From contig JBGTMH010000032.1 in NCBI GenBank assembly GCA_041743715.1, positions 131-64,130 of the forward strand: a stretch of DNA of 64,000 nt. Reading direction: 5' to 3'. Every line of letters starts with the position of its first letter. Positions within the stretch are counted from its first letter, which is position 1. This DNA comes from Patescibacteria group bacterium (GTDB lineage: Bacteria; Patescibacteriota; Microgenomatia; Levybacterales; UBA12049). Made by a program: the position numbers and the translations under genes. Below, one piece after another: positions 53,260 through 63,886 of the stretch. The notes beneath the pieces were generated by a model. It had not been told where the DNA came from and made no database searches. It saw only the letters and a list, made by a program, of their open reading frames with translations.

Positions 53260-54027
53260 ATGATGTTTCAAGAAGAAAAACCGAAAAATCCAAAGACAAT
53301 TACCATCCTCCAGTGGAATATTTTGTTTACTGTGCCTTTTGAAAAAACGCTTACGTACCTCAAAACAATCAATGCTGACATTCTTTGTCTTCAGGAAGTA
53401 ACGAGTGACTCGAGTTTTAACCCTGGCGTAAATATCCCGGATCAACTCGCCCAGGCGCTTAGTATGAAATACTATTATGAACCCTGCAGATATCTTAAGG
53501 CAGGACGATGGTTTATTCGCGATGGGAATGGTATTTTTAGCAAGTTCCCTATTCTTCTCAAACAAAGTCAAATATTAAGTCAGGAAGGGTTTGAGTTTGC
53601 ACTAGAGCGGAAAGTTTTGAGGAAATACGTGGAGGCAGAAATTGCTATAAGCGACAATCAAACATTGACAGTCGCTACCACACATCTCTCATGGTTTTTC
53701 CCGACTCGTAGTCATATACAAATGCGCGAAAAGGAAGCTGTACGACTCGGGGAAATCGTCGCGACCAAGCGTGAACGTTTCGTGATTACCGGTGACTTTA
53801 ATGCCAGCCCAGGGTTTTCTTCGGTAAAAAATGTGTCGGCTTTTCTGCGGGCAAGTGAATTGGATTACCGCAAACCGACATGGGTTTTAAAACATTTTGA
53901 AAAATTAGGGATTCGCAGAAGACTTGATTATGCTTTTACGACTCAGGATCTGCGAGTGATACGGACCGAAATTTTACCTCCCGGTCCTTCTGATCACTGT
54001 CCTGTGCTTGTGAAAATAGCGTGTTAA
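53260..54027 (+). CDS. Endonuclease/exonuclease/phosphatase (EEP) family protein
   Basis: ILQWNIL, ADILCLQEV, GDFNASP and SDHCPVLVKI are the EEP catalytic motifs. I prefer the ATG at 53260 over the TTG at 53245. Confidence 0.75.
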   Translation: MMFQEEKPKNPKTITILQWNILFTVPFEKTLTYLKTINADILCLQEVTSDSSFNPGVNIPDQLAQALSMKYYYEPCRYLKAGRWFIRDGNGIFSKFPILLKQSQILSQEGFEFALERKVLRKYVEAEIAISDNQTLTVATTHLSWFFPTRSHIQMREKEAVRLGEIVATKRERFVITGDFNASPGFSSVKNVSAFLRASELDYRKPTWVLKHFEKLGIRRRLDYAFTTQDLRVIRTEILPPGPSDHCPVLVKIAC

Positions 54028-54282
54028 ACAACCTTTGACTTGCATGGCCAGAAAATTCAGCGAACCCCCTACTTTACCTTGCATGTTCTTATTTTTTTCA
54101 AAACGGTTCAGATTGTCGTGTCAATCCAAATCTACGAAATTTATGCGAGTCCAGAGTTCAAAAATACTTTCAGTATACCATAAATCCTTGAATTTTGCTT
54201 TAAGAGCAACCGCCGCTTATTCTTTTCAAAGCCAGAGAATTTTGCAAAGACAAAGGGGTGTAGTATATGATAATAACTATAT

Positions 54283-56970
54283 ATGGAAGATCGTCCCCTA
54301 CTTGTTACAACTGAAGAGACATCACGTCTTCCCATTCTCATCGTTGATAAAAAAGGACTTATTGGCAGAGGACTAGCGAGAACTTTACGAAACGAGTTTC
54401 TCGTCGTCTTGGCAACCGCAGAAGACGTGGAGTCGCATGATAATGTTATCCATATCCCCTACTTTAAAAAAATTCCACTCATTCCCGATAATACCTATTC
54501 CCATATCTTCGTCGTTTATAACGGTGAAAAAGAAATTCTCGATATGATTTCAAGTTTTATAGAAAAAGCCCAAGTCTCTGAAGCAAAATTTCTTTTCATC
54601 ACTTCCTTGGTACACAGTACTCAGAGGTTATTCGCCCTGCTGGATAACTATAGCTATCCGCACATGCATATCGTGGTATATGGTGAAACATTTGCCAATC
54701 GGAACACTGAGGATAATGAAATAAACTTTTTCATTCATCAAGCAAGGGTATACGGACGGATTGATGTACCCAATCCTGGACTTGGAAGAATGTACCCTGT
54801 GCTTTTTGATGATGTGCTGAATGCGATCGTTTCTCTGTCTTTTGCTGAAGAACAACAACCACGTCTCATTTTGGCTTTTCCCCGATATGATTTTACTGAA
54901 ATATCTATTGCTCATATGCTTCAGAAAATAGATCCGATGTTAAAGATTGATTATAATAAACAGAGAAGTAGAACAAAGGATTATTATATTCCACCGGGAG
55001 GAATGTATGTTTTTGCCGATTATGATCTTTTGGTACGCTTTAAGCAGCTTGATTTTACGAGGGTAGGGGAAATCAAGCAGATTTCTCAGAAGAAAGTGAA
55101 GAGTTCATTCCCTGATCCGCAAGCAAGGAAGCGGCGGCTTGTGATTTTTGCCACCTTACTTTTTTCACTTTTTATCGCACCCATACTCTTTACCTTTCTC
55201 TTCGCGGTTTGTGGAGCAGGATTTTTAGCGTTCTCGTTCAGGGAGGCAGAAAAGGGGAATTTTGGGTCAGCGCAGCAGGCAGCATCCGCAGCACATGCTT
55301 CATTTGTTGCATCAGAGACACTTATCCCAAGTTTGCTACTGCCGACATTTATCGCTCCTCAGCAAAAAAACGAATTCCTGCAAAATATTCAGACAGGTCG
55401 TGAAGTGGTTGAGACTGAGCAGGATGGGTTACAGGCCTTGCAACTTTTACAGAATATTTATGAAGAAAAAAGTGATGATCCAAAGAATGATTTTTTCCGC
55501 GCTTTGGCAACGCTCAAAAATTCGTTGCTGACCTTTCAAAAACTGAAAGCAGAAAACAAACTGCCAAAGGAAGTGGTCAAAAAAATGGAAAACTATACAG
55601 GTGTATTGCGGCTTATGGAAGGGACGATCGATACATGGCCTGTGCTCTTTGGTTTTGAAACAAAAAAGACATATCTCGTGTTATTTCAAAATAATATGGA
55701 GCTGCGCCCTGGCGGGGGATTCATTGGTTCCTACGGCATACTGCCAGTTCAAAACGGCAAGATGGATAAATTGCAAATCTATGACGTCTATGATGCGGAT
55801 GGCAAACTCAAGATCCACGTAGAGCCGCCGTATGGATTACGGCGATATTTGGGGGCAAGTCATTGGTATTTGCGTGATAGCAATTATGATGTTGACTTTA
55901 CCCGTAATGCAGTGCAAGCAGCGCATTTTTTAGAACTTGAAACTGGACGGAGCGTCGATGGCGTTATTGCTATTGATACCACATTTCTTAAAAATTTGTT
56001 GACAGTCTTGGGGCAGGTGGAAGTTCCTGAGTACAAGGAAATTGTCACGGCCGATACTTTTTACCTGCAGACCCAAACGCATTCCGAAAAGAATTTCTTT
56101 CCAGGGTCAACACAGAAAAAGGATTTTTTAAGAAGTCTTACCAATGCCATGATGGTGCGGTTATTTGAAGAAAAAGATTTCTCGGCTGAAAAATTGTTGC
56201 AGCAAGTAGAAGCTTCTATTCGGCAAAAGCATATGATATTTGCATTTTCAGACGCGGGAATACAAAATGTCTTTTCGGTTACTGGACTTTCGTCAGCACT
56301 TCTTGATGGACGTGCAAAGAGAAAAAATACGTATCTGGATTTTTTTAGTGTTATCGATGCCAATGTAGGGACAAATAAAGGCAATTATTATGTAAAACGA
56401 TCAATAGGGCAAGATGTGCGTTTTGATAGTACTGGAGCGCTTCAGGCGACCGCAGAAGTGGTCTATACAAATACTAGTGGAAAGGATAGTCCCTTTGGTG
56501 GTGATTATAAAAATTATCTACGCTTTCTTTTACCGGAAGACGCGGTGTTGCAAAATGTCTTTTTTGATAATATCGAGCAAAATATAACACCTGCTATCAC
56601 TGATCCAGGCGTCTTTACTGCCCCTGGGTTTGTTCCACCTGCAGGGTTGGAGGTAGAAGAGACAGAAGAACTGGGCAAAAAAATAGTAGGATTTATGGTA
56701 TTCGTACCGACGTTGTCGACAAAAAAAGTGACGATTTCATATCGTGTTCCAAAAGCAATTAATCTCAGTGAATCAGCATTCATCTATAATCTACGATTGT
56801 TTAAACAACCCGGAGCACTCGAAGATCCCTATACCTTATCGTTCTCTTATCCCAATACTTTTAAGATCTTTAAGACAGAAAGTGCAGTTACTGATCTCGG
56901 AGGGAAATTTACCTACGAAACAAAATTTTCAGAAGATAAAGATTTTAAGGTGGAGTTTTCAAAAAAATAA
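54283..56970 (+). CDS. DUF4012-domain membrane protein with degenerate Rossmann-like N-domain
   Basis: 895 aa with the N-terminus ILIVDKKGLIGRGLA, a central TM pair, and then YLVLFQNNMELRPGGGFIGSYG, which is characteristic of DUF4012. Confidence 0.6.
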   Translation: MEDRPLLVTTEETSRLPILIVDKKGLIGRGLARTLRNEFLVVLATAEDVESHDNVIHIPYFKKIPLIPDNTYSHIFVVYNGEKEILDMISSFIEKAQVSEAKFLFITSLVHSTQRLFALLDNYSYPHMHIVVYGETFANRNTEDNEINFFIHQARVYGRIDVPNPGLGRMYPVLFDDVLNAIVSLSFAEEQQPRLILAFPRYDFTEISIAHMLQKIDPMLKIDYNKQRSRTKDYYIPPGGMYVFADYDLLVRFKQLDFTRVGEIKQISQKKVKSSFPDPQARKRRLVIFATLLFSLFIAPILFTFLFAVCGAGFLAFSFREAEKGNFGSAQQAASAAHASFVASETLIPSLLLPTFIAPQQKNEFLQNIQTGREVVETEQDGLQALQLLQNIYEEKSDDPKNDFFRALATLKNSLLTFQKLKAENKLPKEVVKKMENYTGVLRLMEGTIDTWPVLFGFETKKTYLVLFQNNMELRPGGGFIGSYGILPVQNGKMDKLQIYDVYDADGKLKIHVEPPYGLRRYLGASHWYLRDSNYDVDFTRNAVQAAHFLELETGRSVDGVIAIDTTFLKNLLTVLGQVEVPEYKEIVTADTFYLQTQTHSEKNFFPGSTQKKDFLRSLTNAMMVRLFEEKDFSAEKLLQQVEASIRQKHMIFAFSDAGIQNVFSVTGLSSALLDGRAKRKNTYLDFFSVIDANVGTNKGNYYVKRSIGQDVRFDSTGALQATAEVVYTNTSGKDSPFGGDYKNYLRFLLPEDAVLQNVFFDNIEQNITPAITDPGVFTAPGFVPPAGLEVEETEELGKKIVGFMVFVPTLSTKKVTISYRVPKAINLSESAFIYNLRLFKQPGALEDPYTLSFSYPNTFKIFKTESAVTDLGGKFTYETKFSEDKDFKVEFSKK

Positions 56971-56976
56971 TCTATG

Positions 56977-57987
56977 TTATCGTTTTGAAAGTTCATCAAG
57001 TAAGACTGGTTCTACTTGTCTTCTAATATCCTCATTTGCATAGCCTACCCAGCTGCAGTTGGTTTCGGTATCTAAAGGATATTTTAAAGGGTTTCCTATC
57101 GCGTCTGTAATTATCGCTCCTGCTTCTTGTGCGATCAAAGTCGTAGATAAATCATAAGGATGTGAAGCAAGTCCAAGTTTTTTTCCTTCTCTGAGTACTC
57201 CTTTTTCCATTTCAGGTCGTAGGTCTGCTACAAATCTATATCTTCCAGTGGCGAGCAGATATATCTGGCCCGCATTACTTATATATTGGTCATTGAATAT
57301 AAGAGCTTTGCCTTCTTGTACGGGGCCAACCACTCGTTCAAAGACATTATCAGAAAGTTTCCCAATAGCTTCTTTTGATCCAGGGAAAAAATCTACGAAG
57401 CTAGCATATCCATGTTCCAAGCCAGTTGCTTGTGATGTAAGAAGTCTTCTGGCAGACGAATGGGTGTTCGTTTTTAAATCCCATATCTCCTCAAAAGCTC
57501 CTTGTCCTTTTACCGCCCAAAGAACACTTGCTTTATCTTGTTTGGATGTAGGAATCTCTGTCATGACTGCAACCTGAATATCAGAGAGCGTTGCGCCATC
57601 AGGCATTACCAGAGCGAATCCTGTCAGAACCCAAGCGCTACGAAAGTCATACATTATGTTTCTGCTTCCATCAATTGGATCTATGATAACTTCAATTTCA
57701 GGAGCACCATTACCATAAATTTTTCTTCCTATACCTTCAGCAGTTAGGGAAACAGGCGCTAGATGAGACAAACTTCGACCAAAGGAGCCAATGTGTCGCT
57801 CAGCATGAGCATCTATTCTGTACGTGACATCTCCAGCTCCTACGGCTACAACTTCTGATAATTCTCTCGATGAACTGAGTAGTAATTGACGTCTGACATC
57901 ATCACGGATACCAGCTTGAAAAGTTTTTGTCACTGCAATTAAGCCTTCCGAGTTAGGAAGAATTTCAACTTGTCGTGGTCGTTCCAT
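56977..57987 (-). CDS. Inositol monophosphatase / FBPase (FIG) superfamily phosphatase
   Basis: 336 aa. The IIDPIDGSRN metal-binding motif and the late HPYDLSTTLIAQEAGAIITD motif fit the IMPase-family fold. It lies downstream of pgk copy 2. Confidence 0.7.
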   Translation of the reverse strand: MERPRQVEILPNSEGLIAVTKTFQAGIRDDVRRQLLLSSSRELSEVVAVGAGDVTYRIDAHAERHIGSFGRSLSHLAPVSLTAEGIGRKIYGNGAPEIEVIIDPIDGSRNIMYDFRSAWVLTGFALVMPDGATLSDIQVAVMTEIPTSKQDKASVLWAVKGQGAFEEIWDLKTNTHSSARRLLTSQATGLEHGYASFVDFFPGSKEAIGKLSDNVFERVVGPVQEGKALIFNDQYISNAGQIYLLATGRYRFVADLRPEMEKGVLREGKKLGLASHPYDLSTTLIAQEAGAIITDAIGNPLKYPLDTETNCSWVGYANEDIRRQVEPVLLDELSKR

Positions 57988-58103
57988 GAGGATATTGTAT
58001 CATGAAGAGGGATTTTTTTGATCTTGTACCAGATATCGCCAGCATGATGATAGATTGAAATTTTACATAAACCTGATTATACCAATAACTATTTGGAAGT
58101 GGA

Positions 58104-59270
58104 TTATTTCAACGCCTCAATACCCGGCAGGGTGCCATTCTCTATGAATTCCAGCATCGCGCCGCCGCCGGTTGAGATGTGGGTGATTTTGTCCAGGTAT
58201 TCTTTTTTGGAAATTGCTGCCAGGGTATCGCCGCCACCGACCACGGAGACTGCTTCTTCGTTGAGGGTGATGGCGTAGTAGAGAAAGTCTGTCCCGCGTT
58301 TGAATTCTTGATTTTCCATATAGCCAACGGGGCCATTCCAGACGATTGTTCCAGCATCGGCAATCACAGCGCCAAATGCCGCCTGTGTTTCCGGACCAAT
58401 ATCGAGCGCTTCATCATGAGGACTAATCGAAGTTATCTTTTTTACTTCGCTTTCTTTACTGTGCAGGTTTTTTCCAACGACCACATCTGTTGGTAATATA
58501 AGATGAGTGTTTTGTTTTTTTGCATGATCTAAAAGCTGTTTGGCAAGAGAGATATCCTCTTGGGAAATCAGACTTTTACCAACAGGAAGTCCTTCTGCTG
58601 CAAAGAACGTATTCGCGAGTCCTCCTCCTAACAACACATAATCAGCTACTGCTGTCAATTTTTGGATAAACTTAATTTTGGTACCTATTTTTTTTCCACC
58701 GATAATTGCTACAAGGGGCTTGTTTGGATGTTTCATGAGATTGTCCAGAACAGTTACTTCTTTTTTGAGAAGCAATCCGCCGTACGATGGAAGAAGGGAG
58801 GGGAGCCCAACAATTGATGCTGCCTTGCGGTGGGAAACGCTGAAGGCGTCGTTGACATAGATTTGTCCCAGACTTGCTAGTTGTTTTGCAAATGCTGGAT
58901 CATTCTTCTGTTCCCCCGGATAGAAACGGATGTTCTCAAGCAAAATAATTTCATCAGGTTGTTGTTTGGTAAGCCGATGAGGATCTGCTATGAAATCATC
59001 GACAAGTACAATTTTGTAATGGGGGAGATATTGATGTAATCGTTTGGCAACTCTGGTCAAGGAGTCAGCAGGATTACGTTTTTCCGGCTCACCTAAGTGA
59101 GCGATGAGGACAAGTTTGTTCTGATGTTTGAGCAAGTATTCAATACTGGGAATGGATTGTTTAATCCGTGCGTCATCAGAAATGGAGTGATTCGGATTCA
59201 GAGAAACGTTAAAATCAACGCGGATGAGAATTGTTTTATGTGCGAGTTCAACTTCGTCAATATATTTCAT
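58104..59270 (-). CDS. pgk: Phosphoglycerate kinase (copy 2)
   Basis: 388 aa with the full set of PGK motifs (RVDFNVSL, ENIRFYPGE, YVNDAFSVSHR, IIGGKKIGTK, WNGPVGYME, STGGGAMLEF). It is clearly paralogous to 954-2147, with roughly half the residues identical by eye. Confidence 0.9.
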   Translation of the reverse strand: MKYIDEVELAHKTILIRVDFNVSLNPNHSISDDARIKQSIPSIEYLLKHQNKLVLIAHLGEPEKRNPADSLTRVAKRLHQYLPHYKIVLVDDFIADPHRLTKQQPDEIILLENIRFYPGEQKNDPAFAKQLASLGQIYVNDAFSVSHRKAASIVGLPSLLPSYGGLLLKKEVTVLDNLMKHPNKPLVAIIGGKKIGTKIKFIQKLTAVADYVLLGGGLANTFFAAEGLPVGKSLISQEDISLAKQLLDHAKKQNTHLILPTDVVVGKNLHSKESEVKKITSISPHDEALDIGPETQAAFGAVIADAGTIVWNGPVGYMENQEFKRGTDFLYYAITLNEEAVSVVGGGDTLAAISKKEYLDKITHISTGGGAMLEFIENGTLPGIEALK

Positions 59271-59365
59271 GGCAGGATTTGATTCTTTTCCAGTATAGCA
59301 TATCTTACTTGTTGTGCATAAGATTTCTCATTGCCAAAAGTGCAAAAAGGATTTACAATACTTCC

Positions 59366-60670
59366 ATGAACGCATCGGTACTCGAGGCATCATATCCAAT
59401 TACGTTTCAACAAAAGGAAGCTGAGAAGTTGGGCGAGTATTTACGCCAGCGGCAGTCCGTAAATATCGTCGGTATGAAACGGGTCGGCATCAGTAATTTC
59501 CTTCGTTTTTTTCTGAGACATGACGATATTATTTCTACCTACATAAGTGACAAGGAGAAACATTTATTTATTCCTGTTGATCTCAATGATCTTGTAGAAC
59601 AGGAAATCTATCCTTTCTGGACCCTCACGCTCAAGAGGATTGTTGATGCATCTGACCAATCGACACTGCCGCCTGAAATAAAAGTTAAAATCAGCGATTT
59701 ATTTGTCAAAAGTATTCAATTTCAGGACCTGTTTTTGGTTATTGATAATATCAGACGTGCGCTGGTATTAATCGTTGAAAATGGGTATATGCCCACTATT
59801 TTTTTCCTCCGTTTTGATCGGTTAAAAGACAGCTTTAACCCATCGTTCTTTGATAATCTCGAAGGCTTGCGGGACGCGGCACATGGCAATCTTTCCTATG
59901 TCTTTACGAGCTATCGGAGTTTGGTGAGTATTTTCCCAGGCGCCAGATCTGCTCTCTCGGTTTTTGCCCAAACCATGTGTGTGAGGCGTATAGGCGATGC
60001 GGATATGAAGGTTGTTTACGAAACCTACAGAAAACGGTATAAAATGACGCTTACGCCACCCATGGAAAAGTCGTTGTTTGCGGTAATAGGCGGTTATTTG
60101 CAGTATTTACAATTAGGATTAATTTATTTAAATGAGATTACGAAGTCACTTATTACGGAAAAAGAAATTATCAATGCATTATTATCAGATGAACGTATAG
60201 TCTTGCAGTCTGAGGAACTTTGGGAAAGCTTAATTCCTGACGAGCAAAAGGTTCTCATGCAAGTCGCGAAAAAACAAAAAGTTGAGCAAGCAGATCAGGA
60301 ACGGAGTAAATATTTGTGGGACACAGGATTTATTTGTGAAGTAGATGGCAAATCACAGGTTTTTAGTTCGCTCTTCGCGCAGTACATTTTGCATATAGAG
60401 CAAGAAGAAAGTAAAAAGAAAAAAACAGCACATCTGACACGTAAAGAAAATTTATTGTTTAATTTGTTGAAAGAACAATTGGGAGAAATTTGCGAACGGG
60501 AGAAAATAGTAGAAGTCGTCTGGCCAGAATCCCAAGAATTCGGCGTCTCAGACTGGGCAATCGACCGCCTGGTAGCCCGAGTCCGGCTCAAGCTCAGAGA
60601 ACAGGACACCCCTTATGAAATTCAAACCGTTCGTACCCGCGGTTACAAGTTGACTCCGGTAAAAACTTGA
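59366..60670 (+). CDS. AAA-like domain + C-terminal OmpR/PhoB-type winged helix (paralog of 33204-34532)
   Basis: The ATG at 59366 gives MNASVLEASYP. The P-loop region is degenerate (IVGMKRVGISNFL), with TIFFLRFDRLKD. The C-terminus is LTRKENLLFNLL...IDRLVARVRLKL...VRTRGYKL. Confidence 0.65.
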   Translation: MNASVLEASYPITFQQKEAEKLGEYLRQRQSVNIVGMKRVGISNFLRFFLRHDDIISTYISDKEKHLFIPVDLNDLVEQEIYPFWTLTLKRIVDASDQSTLPPEIKVKISDLFVKSIQFQDLFLVIDNIRRALVLIVENGYMPTIFFLRFDRLKDSFNPSFFDNLEGLRDAAHGNLSYVFTSYRSLVSIFPGARSALSVFAQTMCVRRIGDADMKVVYETYRKRYKMTLTPPMEKSLFAVIGGYLQYLQLGLIYLNEITKSLITEKEIINALLSDERIVLQSEELWESLIPDEQKVLMQVAKKQKVEQADQERSKYLWDTGFICEVDGKSQVFSSLFAQYILHIEQEESKKKKTAHLTRKENLLFNLLKEQLGEICEREKIVEVVWPESQEFGVSDWAIDRLVARVRLKLREQDTPYEIQTVRTRGYKLTPVKT

Positions 60671-60700
60671 CCAAGCCTATAACTATGCTATAATGCCGCT

Positions 60701-61477
60701 ATGACGGTTGAGCGGGCAGAGACGCTGTTTATCGAAACAGAACAAAAAGCATTATCGTTACAAAGAGATATTATCCAATTTGCTGAAGAAGAGAATGTGC
60801 GAGAACGAGAAAAAAAACTTCTTGCCATTGCAACCCATTTAGTCGATCATGTAGATAGTGATATCTTAGATAGATTAGTATCCCCAGATTCTTCATTCCA
60901 ACCAATATTGCGAGAAGCGGTAGGAGATACATTTGATACTCCTATAAAAACCCATTCTGCAGATCCTGAACCAGAACATGCCTGGAAAAGGCATGGTTCT
61001 GTTATTGCTTTGGCTTCTGATGGAATGGTGATAGGTGCATATAGCAAACCAACCGGACTGGAGGGGGAAGGATATGGTGATTTACGTCGGTATGCGCTTA
61101 TAAAAGCAATGTGTAGGTTGCATTTGGCTAAAAGTGGGAAAAAAGGAGGGATTCTCGAAAATTATGATTATCTTTCTGAAGAAGTAGGACTACCACCATA
61201 TAAACTTCTTTTTACAGGAGATGCAGACGAGCCGGTAAAACATGAAAAAAAAGATGTTTTTATTGCTGCGAGCGGATGTGAAGCAAAGACAGATTTTATA
61301 GCAAGATATTTAAAACATGCCTTGTTATTGGAAGAAATGCCAAAACCTGGACGTGAAACGCAAGCGGGCTTTATTGATGGGGTTTTCAGCAGCGAAGTGG
61401 TAAAGAACGTCGGTAATGATGGCGTACGAAGGAGATACACAGTGATGCCTCGTACGCAAATGGGCAAAGGTAACTAA
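60701..61477 (+). CDS. Hypothetical soluble protein
   Basis: 258-aa ORF directly after the second regulator paralog. No recognisable motif. Confidence 0.5.
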   Translation: MTVERAETLFIETEQKALSLQRDIIQFAEEENVREREKKLLAIATHLVDHVDSDILDRLVSPDSSFQPILREAVGDTFDTPIKTHSADPEPEHAWKRHGSVIALASDGMVIGAYSKPTGLEGEGYGDLRRYALIKAMCRLHLAKSGKKGGILENYDYLSEEVGLPPYKLLFTGDADEPVKHEKKDVFIAASGCEAKTDFIARYLKHALLLEEMPKPGRETQAGFIDGVFSSEVVKNVGNDGVRRRYTVMPRTQMGKGN

Positions 61478-61536
61478 ATAACGTTTTTCTCATAATTCCT
61501 TGAATACATTAATCATGCTGTGCTACAATCAGCTTC

Positions 61537-63846
61537 ATGGAGAAAGCGTATAATTCGAAAATCGCAGAGGAGACATTTTATAAAAAATGGGAAGATGCAG
61601 GCTATTTTACTGCGAAAGTTGATAAAAAGAAAAAGCCTTATACCATAATTCTCCCCCCACCAAATGCAAGCGGGAAAATGCATACTGGTAATGTGCTGAT
61701 GATCGCAATTGAAGACTTACTCATACGCTGGCATCGGATGAAAGGGGACGCGACGTTATGGCTTCCAGGGACAGATCACGCTGGAACTGAGACGCAGATT
61801 ACTTTTGAAAAAGAATTAAAAAAACAAGGGAAGTCACGCTTTAGTTATAGTAGGGAAGAACTGTATAACGAGATTTGGAAATTCGTTGAAAAAAATAAAG
61901 GACAGATCGAAAGTCAAATTCGCCAAATGGGAGCAAGTGTGGATTGGAGTAGATATACTTTTACATTGGATGAGAAAGTAATTAAAACAGTCCATGCGAC
62001 ATTTAAAAAACTTGCCGAGGATAATCTCCTGTATCGAGGGGATTATATCGTCAACTACTGCACAAAATGCGGAACCACGTACTCAGATGTTGAGATCAAA
62101 CATGAAGAGCGGAAAGATCCCCTTTATTATTTAAAATATGGTCCTTTTGTTCTTGCAACAGTTCGGCCCGAAACAAAATTTGGTGATACTGCAGTTGCCG
62201 TTAATCCAAAAGACAAACGGTATAAAAAATGGATTGGCAAGGAAGTTGCAGTAGAAGGGTTGATTGGTACATTTAATTTAAAGGTGATAGGAGATACGTA
62301 TGTTGATCCGAAATTTGGAACCGGTGTCGTGAAAGTGACTCCTGCACATGATAAAAATGATTTTGAAGCCGGATTGCGGCATAATTTAGAGGTCAAACCT
62401 GTTATTGATATCACTGGTAAGCTAAACGAAAGAGCAGGGAAGTATGCAGGGTTAAGTGTCGTCGAAGCCCGAAAGCAAGTTGTTCACGATCTTCAGGAAA
62501 ATAATCTAATTGACCACATTGATGAGAATTACATCCACTCTGTTGCTCTTTGTAAAGCAGGACATGGCATTGAGCCTTTGGTTATGCCGAACTGGTTTAT
62601 TAATGTGGATGCCGAACATAAATCACTGAAGAAGCCTGCATATGAAGCGGTAAAAGATGGAGATATTAAAATTTATCCAAAGTGGCGGGAGATTACATAC
62701 CTTCGCTGGATGGAAGAAATGCGGGATTGGCCAGTGTCTCGGCAGAATGTGTGGGGTATTAGGATTCCTGTTTGGTATGATGTCGATGTAAATCCCACGC
62801 TGAGAGTGTCATTTAAATATAAAGATGTCATTGTCGGGGGCGCAGTTGGTCAATTAATGCATCCTCCTGGAAAATATAGAGATCAGAGAACATTCAATGG
62901 AGATAAAGAGCAAGTAGTGAAGTATAAACTCAGTGAGAAACAGTTTGCCTTAAAAGAAATAAAAAAAGGTTTACAAAGAGTTTTTCCACCTGTCGATTCA
63001 ACATATATTATTTCCTCTGATTCTCCTGGTGAGAATTATCTTCCTGAGACAGACACCTTTGATACATGGTTTTCATCAGGTCAATGGCCACTGGTCACGC
63101 TGGGATATCCTGACTCAGAAGACTTTACGTATTTCTATCCGACTGCTGTTATGGAAACCGGGTGGGAGATTATTCGACTGTGGGTATCACGAATGGTGAT
63201 GTTTGGGTATTATCTCACTGGCAAACCTCCCTTTAAAGATGTGTATCTCCATGGCATTGTCAGGGCACTCGATGGAAGAAAGATGAGTAAGAGTTTGGGA
63301 AATGTCATTAATCCTGATGAATACATTGAACAATACGGCGTGGATGCACTTCGCATGGGACTTATTTCAGGAACAGCAAATGGGAAGGATTTTAATTTTC
63401 CAAAAGACCGCGTGGTTGCCTTTAAACATTTTGCGAATAAAATTTGGAATATGGGAAGGTTTTTGCTTATGATGCGTGAGCAGTATGGAAAAGAAATTCC
63501 AGAATACGTTGGAAGTATGCAGTCGCAACTTACCAAAGAGGATAAAGCGATTCTGAAAGGATTACAGCAGCTTATTAAAATAATAGATGTTTCTCTTAAA
63601 AAATTCCGGTTTGCCGATGCAGCTGATGCTATTTATCATTTTATGTGGCATGAAATGGCAGATAAATATATCGAGCAGGTTAAACTACGTGAAGATAAAG
63701 ATATTGCTTTATCAGTGTTAACCTATGTATATGTTGCATGTCTCAAATTGCTTCATCCCTTCATGCCATTCGTTACCGAAGCAATTTATCAACAAATGCC
63801 TGGACATGGCGAATCAATTATGATAGAGTCATATCCAAAGGCTTAA
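61537..63846 (+). CDS. valS: Valyl-tRNA synthetase (short form)
   Basis: PPPNASGKMHTGNV (the HIGH region reads HTGN), LWLPGTDHAGTETQ, and KMSKS (GRKMSKSLGN). At 769 aa it appears to lack the long C-terminal coiled coil. Confidence 0.85.
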   Translation: MEKAYNSKIAEETFYKKWEDAGYFTAKVDKKKKPYTIILPPPNASGKMHTGNVLMIAIEDLLIRWHRMKGDATLWLPGTDHAGTETQITFEKELKKQGKSRFSYSREELYNEIWKFVEKNKGQIESQIRQMGASVDWSRYTFTLDEKVIKTVHATFKKLAEDNLLYRGDYIVNYCTKCGTTYSDVEIKHEERKDPLYYLKYGPFVLATVRPETKFGDTAVAVNPKDKRYKKWIGKEVAVEGLIGTFNLKVIGDTYVDPKFGTGVVKVTPAHDKNDFEAGLRHNLEVKPVIDITGKLNERAGKYAGLSVVEARKQVVHDLQENNLIDHIDENYIHSVALCKAGHGIEPLVMPNWFINVDAEHKSLKKPAYEAVKDGDIKIYPKWREITYLRWMEEMRDWPVSRQNVWGIRIPVWYDVDVNPTLRVSFKYKDVIVGGAVGQLMHPPGKYRDQRTFNGDKEQVVKYKLSEKQFALKEIKKGLQRVFPPVDSTYIISSDSPGENYLPETDTFDTWFSSGQWPLVTLGYPDSEDFTYFYPTAVMETGWEIIRLWVSRMVMFGYYLTGKPPFKDVYLHGIVRALDGRKMSKSLGNVINPDEYIEQYGVDALRMGLISGTANGKDFNFPKDRVVAFKHFANKIWNMGRFLLMMREQYGKEIPEYVGSMQSQLTKEDKAILKGLQQLIKIIDVSLKKFRFADAADAIYHFMWHEMADKYIEQVKLREDKDIALSVLTYVYVACLKLLHPFMPFVTEAIYQQMPGHGESIMIESYPKA

Positions 63847-63886
63847 GCTTGTCCGCTCGTCTCAATTCCTCTATACTTTCATCACC

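Noticed and set aside
54035-54376. 113-aa plus-strand ORF between the EEP and DUF4012 genes
   Set aside because: It starts with TTG and overlaps the well-supported DUF4012 start. It has no motif and is probably promoter or leader sequence.
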